Below, in pieces: positions 7,888 through 18,831 of a DNA stretch of 47,961 bases. Position 1 is the stretch's first letter. Every line of letters begins with the position of its first letter. This stretch comes from Microcystaceae cyanobacterium (GTDB taxonomy: Bacteria > Cyanobacteriota > Cyanobacteriia > Cyanobacteriales > Microcystaceae). The notes below the pieces were generated by a model, which did not search any database, was not told the DNA's origin, and saw nothing but the letters and a program-made list of their open reading frames with translations. The position numbers and the translations under genes were made by a program. The stretch lies in the NCBI GenBank assembly GCA_041746575.1, contig JBGTGT010000122.1:1-47961 (forward strand), read 5' to 3'.

Positions 7888-9561
7888 CTAAGCGACGGGT
7901 TGGAAAAAGTTTTCAGCAACAAAGTTACCAATTTCGAGACCAACCGGCAAAGCATCAGTCAGCGTCGCTTCTCGGACGTGAACGCCACCGTACACTCGGG
8001 AAATCGCATCTTCAAAGGCGGCATCGTAGAAACTATCAAAGGACCGAATAATTCCCGGTAACTCCTGAGAAACAGCCGTAAAATGATAATTCTCTCCAAA
8101 GAACTCCGTGAGAACCCCTGCCCAAGCTCCCCCGAAGGTTGAGTGGCCGGAAATGTAGTCAGGGAAAGGCGGTGTCGGTAAAAGGGGTTGCCAGTCAGGA
8201 TCAGCGAGGGTGGCATCTAACCCGTCATTAGCAGCAAATCCTCCGGCAATTATGTCGTCAGGACGGGGTTGGTTAAAGCGATACTTCGCATCCCAAGCAA
8301 CAATCGCCGCATCAGCAAGAGATACATTTAAGGCGGCAAAGAGACGGGCATTTTCTATAATAGAGTTGCCTTCATGGATGGCAATTCCCTGCGTGATCTG
8401 GTTGAGATGTCCATAGGGACGAAAGGTATCGGCGCGATCGTAAGCCCAAAAATGGGCGATTTCTGTTTGATCTGCCGTGCGTTGCAGGGTTGTTTGATTT
8501 GTATTTTCCCGTCCACCCAGCAGACGAACTTCCTCAATTTCTTGGGCGTAGAGTTGAGGATTATTAGCGGGTGTCCCATCTAAACCATTCGGCGCAAAGC
8601 TAACCACATCAGGGATCGCCCACGGTGTCACATTACCCCAGTTTTGACCGATAATGGTGAAATTGGGCGCATCGGGATGCCAGACATAATCACCGTCCGG
8701 CGGGATATAAGGCGTATTGTTGTTCGACCCGTCATTGGTTCGTAAGGCCAAAATGCGGTTGGCGACCTTTTTACCGAAGTCGAAGCCTCTTTGCTCGGAT
8801 GCTGGACTATCGTCAATCTCAGCCAACGATTGAAGCATTTGTTGCCGTAGAAAGACTTTCTGCTGCGGTAATTGACTTTTTAGAATCTGATAAGCTGAGC
8901 CAGTTACTGCCGCTTCTAAGGACGCTCTATTTGGGGCATTAGCATCTACTGCATAGGCCGTGTGAGTCCCTGTAAAGGCGTTGACGGTGTCATAAATAGC
9001 GGTTGAGAGCATGGCTAAAAGACGAGATCCCGTTGTGGGAGCAACTCCTCGTCCAGCTACCCCTTCTGATTGAATGGCGTTGAGGGCAATGGTATTCCAA
9101 TCGATGACGATGTCGGTATTTGGGGCTGAAACCGATTGACTGGCTACGTTGTTGGTTTCTGAACGCTCGACGATTTGATTGGTTCCATCGACTTGGGCAA
9201 GGAGTTGATAAGCACCGTGCGATACGGTAGAAGTAATGTTGTTGTACTCTAAGTTAAGAGTGATACTTTCACCCTTACCCAGATTGAGATGCTGGATTTG
9301 GCTATAGAGCAGTCCATCATTGCTATCAATCTTGCCATCGATGGAGTTGTAGAGATTGAGAGTAACGGGGCCATTAGCGATCGCTTTCCCTTTATTTGTA
9401 ATCGTAACTTGTACCTTTCCAGTATCTCCCAGTTCAATCGTATCAGGGAGTTCAATGGCGTCAAAACGAATCGTTAAATCAGGCTTGTGTTTGTTGAGAA
9501 GTTTAGAAGAATTAGGATTAGAAAGGTTCTCGTTACTGACTATTAATGAGGTATCTAACAT
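7888..9561 (-). CDS. CARDB/Ig-like domain fused to vanadium-dependent haloperoxidase/PAP2 superfamily domain
   Basis: N-terminal PDLTI..VTITNKG..VERSETNN (CARDB-like). Catalytic motifs K-X6-RP (KYRFNQPRP), PPFPDYISGHS and SRVYGGVH. Confidence 0.85.
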   Translation of the reverse strand: MLDTSLIVSNENLSNPNSSKLLNKHKPDLTIRFDAIELPDTIELGDTGKVQVTITNKGKAIANGPVTLNLYNSIDGKIDSNDGLLYSQIQHLNLGKGESITLNLEYNNITSTVSHGAYQLLAQVDGTNQIVERSETNNVASQSVSAPNTDIVIDWNTIALNAIQSEGVAGRGVAPTTGSRLLAMLSTAIYDTVNAFTGTHTAYAVDANAPNRASLEAAVTGSAYQILKSQLPQQKVFLRQQMLQSLAEIDDSPASEQRGFDFGKKVANRILALRTNDGSNNNTPYIPPDGDYVWHPDAPNFTIIGQNWGNVTPWAIPDVVSFAPNGLDGTPANNPQLYAQEIEEVRLLGGRENTNQTTLQRTADQTEIAHFWAYDRADTFRPYGHLNQITQGIAIHEGNSIIENARLFAALNVSLADAAIVAWDAKYRFNQPRPDDIIAGGFAANDGLDATLADPDWQPLLPTPPFPDYISGHSTFGGAWAGVLTEFFGENYHFTAVSQELPGIIRSFDSFYDAAFEDAISRVYGGVHVREATLTDALPVGLEIGNFVAENFFQPVA

Positions 9562-9675
9562 AGTATTCTATCTGGATTAGAAGAAGGAGTAATCTAGCGA
9601 ATAACTACATCTAAGCTCCTATCATTCCAGAAATTTAACATAGAAATTCCTCAATGACTCAAATGGCTTAAAATA

Positions 9676-9882
9676 ACGTGAGTTCGACCATCAGAAAAGC
9701 TACGAAACTTCTTCATTTAATTTTTTTTCATTTATTTTGTGCAGGGGGTGCGGGGGAGGCACTCCGTCCCCCGTTGGGGAGTTTGGGGGGCTAGTCCCCC
9801 AATCAAGAATTTGTTTTTCCTTTCCCAATCCCAATCAGAATGAACAAAAAAATTGAGATAATTGCCCTCGCCGAACTCACGT
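9676..9882. mobile_element. MITE copy 2 (207 bp)
   Basis: Near-identical to 7643-7855 with the same TIRs. 7-bp flanking direct repeat TAAAATA. Confidence 0.9.
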
Positions 9883-10023
9883 TAAAATACTACATTATCA
9901 GTTGATCGGTCAGGTTCAAAGATCCTCATTCGATTGCCGAATTCTCCCGTTTGCCCGTATTACGACAAAAGGGATCAAGCATTTAAGATGTCATTACCTA
10001 GCCTGACAAAAGGAAAAGAGTGA

Positions 10024-11088
10024 CTACAAGAAGCGAGCATTTAAATCCGTATCTTCTTGCAATATTTTTAAAACTTTCTTGATATCTTGAGTCCGATTTT
10101 TCGCCACGACTAAGGTTGCATTACCATCTCGCACAATCACCACATCTTCAAGACCGATGGTAACAATGACTTCTTCCGCATTATCATCATAAATAATCGC
10201 TCCCGTCGTATCTAATCCCACATGACGACCTAATTCAACATTTTTTCCGGTTGTCGCTTGTAATCGTTCTAACGCGTTCCAGTCTCCTAAATCGTCCCAG
10301 CCAAAATCGGCAGGAATTACGGTCGCTAGTTGGGTTTTTTCCATTAAAGCGTAATCAATACTCTTTTTCTCCAATTCTCCATAAGCTTCTTTCCCTTTCT
10401 CTTGTAGGGGGGTCAAAATTTGAGGTGCATACTTCTCTAATTCCTGTAAGATTACCTCCGCCCGAAAGATAAACATTCCACTATTCCAGCTAAATCTGCC
10501 TGTTTTTAGAAATTCTGCCGCCGTTGCTTGATCGGGTTTTTCAGTAAAGCGATTGACTTCATATATTCCCAATTCCCCCATTTTTTTTCGTAATTCTCCT
10601 TGCTCAATATAACCGTAACCCGTGGCAGGATAACTAGGCGTAATGCCAAGAGTGACAATCGTGTCTTGAGTGGCCGCCATTTCTGTCGCCGCTTTTAAGG
10701 TCTCTTGATAAGCGTCTTGGTTACCAATAGCATGATCGGCGGGAAAAAAACCAATAACTGCGGAGTTTCCAGACCGTTTTGCGACTTCTACACTTGCCCA
10801 CGCCACTGCAGGGGCTGTATCTCTTCCTTGCGGCTCAATCAGGCAATTTTTACGGGGTAGCAATGGTAATTGTTCTCTCACCCCATCGGCAATTAGAGCG
10901 GAGGTAATCACCCAAAGATTTTCCCATCCTTGCGCTAGGGGTAGCAATCGCTCGGCAGTGTTTTGTAATAAGCTTAACCCCGTACCATCGAGGCAGAGGA
11001 ATTGTTTAGGACGATGACGACGGCTAAGCGGCCAAAACCGTTCGCCTTTGCCACCCGCTAAGATAACAGGAATAAGAGAGGGGGTCAT
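10024..11088 (-). CDS. manC: Mannose-1-phosphate guanylyltransferase
   Basis: VILAGGKGERFWPLSR..RPKQFL, EPQGRDTAPA, PADH, GYGYI, FTEKP, WNSGMF, SIDYALME, WDDLGDW. Confidence 0.93.
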   Translation of the reverse strand: MTPSLIPVILAGGKGERFWPLSRRHRPKQFLCLDGTGLSLLQNTAERLLPLAQGWENLWVITSALIADGVREQLPLLPRKNCLIEPQGRDTAPAVAWASVEVAKRSGNSAVIGFFPADHAIGNQDAYQETLKAATEMAATQDTIVTLGITPSYPATGYGYIEQGELRKKMGELGIYEVNRFTEKPDQATAAEFLKTGRFSWNSGMFIFRAEVILQELEKYAPQILTPLQEKGKEAYGELEKKSIDYALMEKTQLATVIPADFGWDDLGDWNALERLQATTGKNVELGRHVGLDTTGAIIYDDNAEEVIVTIGLEDVVIVRDGNATLVVAKNRTQDIKKVLKILQEDTDLNARFL

Positions 11089-11262
11089 AATCTTTCTACG
11101 ATAAACGCTTATGCCCTTAGATTATCAGTTTAACCAGTCGTCGTAAACAGATAAAACCCCGATTACTCAATTATCATCAATTCCGAAGTCACATCCAAAA
11201 ACGAGTCGTCAACGAATGTAACCCAAAATCAAGAGAATCAGTAGAGTTGATTCTTAAATATT

Positions 11263-12309
11263 TTACTGCTGAACTAACGTCAATTGTACGGGTTGACTGG
11301 TTTCTTCTTGTTTAGAAGCAACTGCTCTTACCGTATATTTCATGCCAGAAGTGAGTCCATTGGGTGCAGGAATAGCAACTTGGAAATTCCCTTGCTCATT
11401 GGCGGTTACTGTCTGTTCAAAAAAGGTGTTTCCCCCTAAATCAACATTAATAATACCTCCTAATACGGGTACTTTAGAACTCACTTCAACTTCTACCTTG
11501 GCATTAGGTAATGTTTGTCCTTCAAGCGTAAAACCAGTGGTAGAAATTTGGTCTCCATCTTGGTAATTGGTAAAATTAGGTCGTAAAGAAAGGTCTTTTC
11601 CCGTTGCTACCTCAGGGACTTCCGAAGAATCGGTTTGATTATTAAAAGCAAATCCCTGTGTCGCCGCATCATAGACAGTTTGGTCGTTTTTCTGTAAACG
11701 TCCAATCACAATTCCTTCACTATCTGAACGCTGGGTTTTCACATTATAAGTTCCCACATAAACCCCTTGAGAAACCTCTTTGGCGGGAATTTCAATCGAG
11801 GGTTGGCCTTCTTCCATTAATAAGATACTGGCTGTGGCTTGGGGCGTTCCTTCGATTGTGGCGAGGAAAGTAGCCTCATTACCTAATGTACTGGTAGCAT
11901 TATGAGTGACAGAAGAAATTTCGAGATCATTTTGGGTATTTTGAACCCTAAAATTCCAACTAGCTACTTTTTGCTGGCCTTGGCTATTTTGATACTCAAT
12001 TTTTACGACGTAATTGCCTAATTGAAGCGGACTGGCTGGTTTATAGCTAAAAAATCGGTCCGTGATGGTACTTTCATCCGTAATATTACGATCATTAAGA
12101 TAAATTTTCACCGATTTAGAATCTACCGATGCTCCCTCGGAGCTATCAAATACCCCTGAAATAGATGTCTCAGGAGAAACATTGCTTTTATCTAAAGCTG
12201 GATTAATATTGACTACTTTTTGGGCGTGAGTGGGGGACGCTATCAGGCCTCCTGTTAGTAAAATACTACTCAGGGCTAATACGTGAAACCAAGTTCTGCT
12301 AAAATTCAT
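11263..12309 (-). CDS. Secreted beta-sandwich (Ig-like) domain protein
   Basis: Likely ATG12309, signal peptide ending THA-Q, beta-strand-rich sequence (WNFRV, LEGQTLPNAKVEV, ANEQGNF). Confidence 0.7.
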   Translation of the reverse strand: MNFSRTWFHVLALSSILLTGGLIASPTHAQKVVNINPALDKSNVSPETSISGVFDSSEGASVDSKSVKIYLNDRNITDESTITDRFFSYKPASPLQLGNYVVKIEYQNSQGQQKVASWNFRVQNTQNDLEISSVTHNATSTLGNEATFLATIEGTPQATASILLMEEGQPSIEIPAKEVSQGVYVGTYNVKTQRSDSEGIVIGRLQKNDQTVYDAATQGFAFNNQTDSSEVPEVATGKDLSLRPNFTNYQDGDQISTTGFTLEGQTLPNAKVEVEVSSKVPVLGGIINVDLGGNTFFEQTVTANEQGNFQVAIPAPNGLTSGMKYTVRAVASKQEETSQPVQLTLVQQ

Positions 12310-12685
12310 TGTTACCGCAAATAATTTACATCTATTACAACTTAACTTAATATTAATGTCTAAAAGGTATATCACAAGTCAGAACTTATGGTCAGCCAAT
12401 AGAATGAAAAAAGCTTAATTCTTTATTTTAGGCACGGTAACTCACTCATCTTATTCAAGTTCTCGATCCCTATATTCTTAGTTAAGATAGAAGTAAACGC
12501 CATTGACCCAATAATTTTAGGTTAGATGTTGCACAGATGTGCGCCTTCAGAGGTGAAGATTGAATAGAGGTAAGTCTTCGCTTTTAAGCATAAAAAATAA
12601 GCTATAATAAATAGGTGAATAATTATCGTTGCCTATTTTCTAGGTATCTTTTCGTATCATTTATTTTACTGAATGCTAGGAGTCA

Positions 12686-12727
12686 GTGCGATTCCGTACC
12701 GAAAAAAGTCTTTTTATTGATTAGAAT
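12686..12727 (+). promoter_or_regulatory. Class II CRP/NtcA-type activated promoter
   Basis: GTG-N8-TAC (GTGCG-ATTC-CGTAC, 12686-12699), then 22 nt, then TAGAAT (12722-12727). The site centre falls at -41.5. Confidence 0.5.
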
Positions 12728-12957
12728 AGTTATAGAGAAAATATAGCATCCAATGTCTCTGATAGTTAAAAAAATATTGTAATAGATTTAAGCTTTTAAA
12801 TTTTTACTTGAACCAAAATCAGATAAAACAGATTATAGTATTTCAGTTTGGGTGATTGTTGTGGTAAAAACTTACGTCTTCAGTTCCGTTATCAGATTCC
12901 TTAACCTAACGTTTTCTGACCCTAAATTCTAAGACCTAATCAAAAGGGAACTAAACT

Positions 12958-13675
12958 TTGATCACCCTTAACAATTCAACCGGAAATTATTTGCTTGATA
13001 TTTTATCTGCATCCGAATATAAGTAATTAATACCTCATCTTACTCACGTTTCCTTGGAGCGAGATCTCATTGTTGTGGAGATAGGGGAAGATTTTGAATA
13101 CGCCTATTTTCCGTTATCGGCTATGATTTCGTTGGTAATAACGATGAAAGACGGCGCAACGACTGAAACAAGCATCGTAGGATATGAAGGAATGATAGGA
13201 CTGCCGATTATTTTAGGGGGTAATCATAGCTTTACTCAGGGAGTCGTGCAAATTCCGGGAACAGCACTCAAGCTCAAAGCCTCTATCCTTAAGCAAGCCT
13301 TCCAGCAAAAAGAAAGTCTCCAAAGAATACTCCTATTGTATGCCCAAGCTCGCCTGACTCAAGTGGCTCAACTCAGTGCCTGTAATCGTCAGCATACCAT
13401 CTTAGAGCGTTTGGCTCGTTGGTTATTGACCGTTCAAGATTGGCGTCCATCAAGATGAGTTACCGCTCACTCAAGAATTTATGGCGAATATGCTAGGAAC
13501 TCGGCGATCTGGAGTTACCATTGCGGCTAATACCTTACAAAAGGCGGGATTGATTGAGTATCATCGAGGCAAAATTAATATTCTCAATCAAGAACAGTTA
13601 AAAGATACCGCCTGCGAATGCTACTGCTTAATTCTTAATGAATATGTCCGTTTACTAGAGCCACCCCAAAAGTAA
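12958..13675 (+). pseudogene. Crp/Fnr-family transcriptional regulator pseudogene
   Basis: TTG12958 opens ..NYLLDILSASEYK*LIPHLTHVSL with an in-frame TAA at 13024-13026. An extra G near 13442 shifts the frame before ..HQDELPLTQEFMANMLGTRRSGVT (HTH). Confidence 0.88.
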
Positions 13676-13889
13676 GTTCTGGGATAATTTTAAGTTTTTT
13701 AAACGTTCGTTAAATTCGTACAGATCTTTTTAAACGATTGCGTTAAAGTCAAGATATGAAGGTTATAATGTTTAATCAGCCATCAAATGGCTTTTTCAAA
13801 CCCAGATAGACAAAATTTAGGGATAAATATCTGCACATTTCTGATTTAATAACTTATTTTACAGTTTTTTAAGGAGATCAATTAAGGTC

Positions 13890-14258
13890 ATGACTGAAAA
13901 AATTGTCAATTTAACATCAATCCTTGTTACCAGAGAAGTTCACAGCTTCTTGACAACGTATCCACCAGAAGACCTATATCGAATTATTTTTTCTCTACCC
14001 TTTTTTAAGCAAAGACTCATTGCCACCATTTTATCAGCAATTCCTAACCGTCATGTTGTAACGGAGGATTTTCAGACGATGCCAACTCAAGAAGATGACC
14101 TTCTCGCTTCTTTAGAAGAACAATTAGAAATAGAAAGCTTAATCAAGAAATTTATTCCTGAAGTCCTTGTCAGTAGTTATCCCCACATTGGGGAAGAATT
14201 AATAGAAAAAGAGCAGTTGCTCCGAGAAGGCAAGGAAAAAATACCGACTTTGACCTAG
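13890..14258 (+). CDS. Hypothetical protein, possibly ComFB-like
   Basis: AAGGAG RBS. The VNLT..LV..EV..FL..YP...LIA.IL..IPN pattern resembles cyanobacterial ComFB-type small proteins. Confidence 0.55.
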   Translation: MTEKIVNLTSILVTREVHSFLTTYPPEDLYRIIFSLPFFKQRLIATILSAIPNRHVVTEDFQTMPTQEDDLLASLEEQLEIESLIKKFIPEVLVSSYPHIGEELIEKEQLLREGKEKIPTLT

Positions 14259-14308
14259 AAAACAATTATACTTAATTCGAGTACAAACTCAATGAGCATA
14301 AGCTGATG

Positions 14309-14350
14309 GTGAATAGTTAATCGTCTAATTTTCAACGGTTAACTATTCAC
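14309..14350. terminator. Strong hairpin (probable terminator or processing site)
   Basis: Perfect 12-bp inverted repeat GTGAATAGTTAA/TTAACTATTCAC, extended by TCGT/ACGG. Confidence 0.55.
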
Positions 14351-14571
14351 AAACGCTACATGGAAGGTAAACGATTCAGTCATCCTGCTCTTAAATTTTA
14401 TCTCTTTGGATAGGTTGACAAAAGACAAAACAATCTCATAAGGTTAACTGAAAAAGTTCTATAAATACCTTTTCAGTCAATCCAAGTCCTTGCTCTTTTA
14501 CGCAAGGATAACCCTTCAAGGCTTAATCTTCATTATCCTAACTTCTCACTCTTTAGCGATTATCAACAATT

Positions 14572-14892
14572 ATGAAATTCAGCATTCCTTATTTCTGGAT
14601 TCCCAATGGGTTAATTAGCTTTTTGGGATTTACGTTTAGTTTTGGCGTTGATAACACCCCTTGGTGGATAGAAGTTTATACCACTTATCCCAAATGTCTT
14701 TACTATTTTGGTCCTTTTGACAGCGTTAGAGAAGCCCGAGAACACCGCGCTGGTTTTATTGAAGATTTACTATCGGAAAATGCTCAGGGAATTCAATGGG
14801 AAATCAAACAAGCTCAACCTCAAGTTTTGACCGTTTTTGAGGAAGAAGAAACCGTTAAGCTATTAGAAACGGCCGATCTAATCAGTCAGTAG
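14572..14892 (+). CDS. DUF1816 domain protein
   Basis: WWIEVYT..PKCLYYFGPFDS..EA...R.GFIEDL..E.AQGI signature. Confidence 0.88.
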   Translation: MKFSIPYFWIPNGLISFLGFTFSFGVDNTPWWIEVYTTYPKCLYYFGPFDSVREAREHRAGFIEDLLSENAQGIQWEIKQAQPQVLTVFEEEETVKLLETADLISQ

Positions 14893-14968
14893 GTAGATAT
14901 TAAAAAACTTAAAATACTGATAATTGAGGCAAACAACATCTATATTAAATTGAACAATTGCATTTCCC

Positions 14969-15328
14969 ATGATTGAATACCGAAACGATCCCAGTAACAA
15001 TATCGTGGAAATCAGCGTAGAAGGAAAAATTACCGAAGCTGATTTTGACCACGTTGTCTCTTGCTTAAAAGCTGATCTCGAAAAACACGGGCAACTCAAA
15101 ATTCTTGAAGAAATTCGTAGCTTTAGTGGGATTGATCCGATTACGCTTTGGAAAGATGTCCGATTTGGGTTTGAGCATATCAACGACTTTACTCACGCGG
15201 CTGTCGTCACCGAGGCGAAGTGGATGCGGACTTTTGCTGAAGCCGTAGGCAGTATTTTATCGGCTGAAGTCCGAGCCTTTGAAGCGTCACAAATTGAAAC
15301 CGCAAGGACATGGCTTGCTGATGCCTGA
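14969..15328 (+). CDS. SpoIIAA-like (STAS/SEC14) protein
   Basis: VEGKITEADF, F.GID...LWKDVRFG..H..DF..AAVV...W, EVRAF....E.ARTWL. Confidence 0.87.
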   Translation: MIEYRNDPSNNIVEISVEGKITEADFDHVVSCLKADLEKHGQLKILEEIRSFSGIDPITLWKDVRFGFEHINDFTHAAVVTEAKWMRTFAEAVGSILSAEVRAFEASQIETARTWLADA

Positions 15329-15406
15329 GCTTTTCCATTCTTCTCATCTTTCTTAACACGGAAACAAAACGCCAAACTGTCATCTTGTCTCTCCATCAGT
15401 CGCCAT

Positions 15407-17083
<1,677 letters not shown>

Positions 17084-17151
17084 TCATTGTACCCAATTCT
17101 CTTCATTTAAATCTTAAAAATGGGTAACCGCTCATTGCCCCTTATTAATTA

Positions 17152-17315
17152 ACGTGAGTTCGACCATCAGAAAATCTACGAGAATTCTTTATTTAATTTT
17201 TTTTGTGCAGGGGGTTTGGGGGGCTAGTCCCCCAATCAAGAATTTGTTTTTCTTTTCCTAATCCCAACAAGAATGGACAAAAAAATTGAGATAATTGCCC
17301 TCGTCGAACTCACGT
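17152..17315. mobile_element. MITE copy 3 (164 bp, shorter and more diverged)
   Basis: Perfect 13-bp TIR ACGTGAGTTCGAC. Lacks the GGGGGAGGCACTCCGTCCCCC module. No target-site duplication. Confidence 0.88.
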
Positions 17316-18787
17316 TAACCATAAGCATCTTCTGGGGCTTCCAAAACAAGGTTAATTTGATGGGGCGTGAAGCCACGTTCCAATAAGTATTGTTCAGTAA
17401 ACTGGCGATTTTGCGGATTTAGTGCCATTTTTTCTCGAAAAGACGCATAAAGATGATGAACTTGTCCTAGAGGATTGACCGTTTCCTGTACGTTGCAGTT
17501 AAGCAAGATCAGTAAATTGGCTGAAGTATCCAACGGTAAAAGTTCGACTTTGTCTTTGATGACCGTTTGGGTAATTTTTAGCTTTTTATCGTTACATTCA
17601 GGAAAGAAACTACTCAACGGCCAACAGAGAATCATGCGCTTCATTTTATCTCCACTGAGGGTGGAAATCACCTTAACCGTTACTGCTAACCGAGTGATTT
17701 CTCCTAATTGGTGAATCCAGTGTTTAGCAATATTGCGATAAATATTCTGTGCTTTTTGACCAAATTGAATCGTTTCTTCGATCTTATTGCGGGCTTTATA
17801 ATTTCGATGTAATCCCTCAATATACATTTGCGTTAAAGCATGAAAAGTAATCAATAATTTGTTTTGCGGAGAAGTCGGGGATTGTAAACTGTTGAGATAG
17901 GTAAAAGCATCGGCACTAAAATCGAGTTCACCGGGCGCATCCAGAGAAGCGATCGCTGAGAGAGAATCTTTGACCTTTTGCAGAAAAAATGCTAATTTTT
18001 CGTCAAGAAGTTCGAAAGGAGACCGCTCTAGCTCTTGACTCCCCTCATTTAAGCGAGATTTAACATTGATGTATTGATTTTTGCGATACTGATATTCCGC
18101 TAAGCCAATGACCTCTCGTAAACCAAATTCTTGTAATAAAGCACAAAATTCCATCCCTTCATCTGTATTAGGCATAAAATTAAGGGATTTCAGAAAATCT
18201 CTCATGGCAGAACGACCCCGATCTAACAATTTCGGCCAATCTATACAATATAAGGTAGCAAGGTCTAATAAAATATCATTGGTTAAATTCGTTTGGGTTA
18301 AAAGGGATTGAATACCGATAAATGCAACGTAGCTATAAGACGATTTATCCACGCGTTGCGATTTTTTTTCGTCAACGACGATTATGGGTTGCGATGGAGT
18401 CGGGGCAGTTGTCACAGAGGTTTTGATCGCACCAAAGATTAAAGCACTCAATAAGCTAATAACTTGCTTAAATTGATCCTCTTCTTCTTTTTTGTAAGGA
18501 TATTCTCGAATATAATCTCCTAAAAGATGACAAGCAATCGACGCAATTCCTCTGGCTTGTTCTACCGGAATTTCCTGTTGTTTCAATTCATAAATAACGT
18601 TGGTCAATAAGAGGGGAAAACTTCCCGCATCTGCTAAAAAACACTGTTTCAACTGAGTCATAACAGTCTGATGATTGACGCCACTTCCCGACTGTTTTGC
18701 AGCCTTAATCAGTTGTTCTAACATCAATTCGGGATGATGCTCCTCAGGTGAAATAATAGTAGAAGAATAAAACGTAGTCATGATCAT
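17315..18787 (-). CDS. Hypothetical protein (490 aa, predicted mostly helical, no family recognised)
   Basis: Long ORF with AAAAGGGG RBS, co-oriented behind the M48 protease gene. Confidence 0.75.
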   Translation of the reverse strand: MIMTTFYSSTIISPEEHHPELMLEQLIKAAKQSGSGVNHQTVMTQLKQCFLADAGSFPLLLTNVIYELKQQEIPVEQARGIASIACHLLGDYIREYPYKKEEEDQFKQVISLLSALIFGAIKTSVTTAPTPSQPIIVVDEKKSQRVDKSSYSYVAFIGIQSLLTQTNLTNDILLDLATLYCIDWPKLLDRGRSAMRDFLKSLNFMPNTDEGMEFCALLQEFGLREVIGLAEYQYRKNQYINVKSRLNEGSQELERSPFELLDEKLAFFLQKVKDSLSAIASLDAPGELDFSADAFTYLNSLQSPTSPQNKLLITFHALTQMYIEGLHRNYKARNKIEETIQFGQKAQNIYRNIAKHWIHQLGEITRLAVTVKVISTLSGDKMKRMILCWPLSSFFPECNDKKLKITQTVIKDKVELLPLDTSANLLILLNCNVQETVNPLGQVHHLYASFREKMALNPQNRQFTEQYLLERGFTPHQINLVLEAPEDAYG

Positions 18788-18831
18788 AAACCCCTTTTAA
18801 AGTACCCAATTCATGGTGTCACATTTAACCT

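Noticed and set aside
7643..9882. Composite transposon carrying the haloperoxidase gene between MITE copies 1 and 2
   Set aside because: Each copy has its own distinct 7-bp duplication and the outer flanks (TATTGTG, TAAAATA) differ, which indicates independent insertions.
13705..13724. Second Crp/NtcA-like site (GTTCG..CGTACAG) after the Crp pseudogene
   Set aside because: The half-site spacing is 7 nt rather than 4, so it does not match the upstream site.
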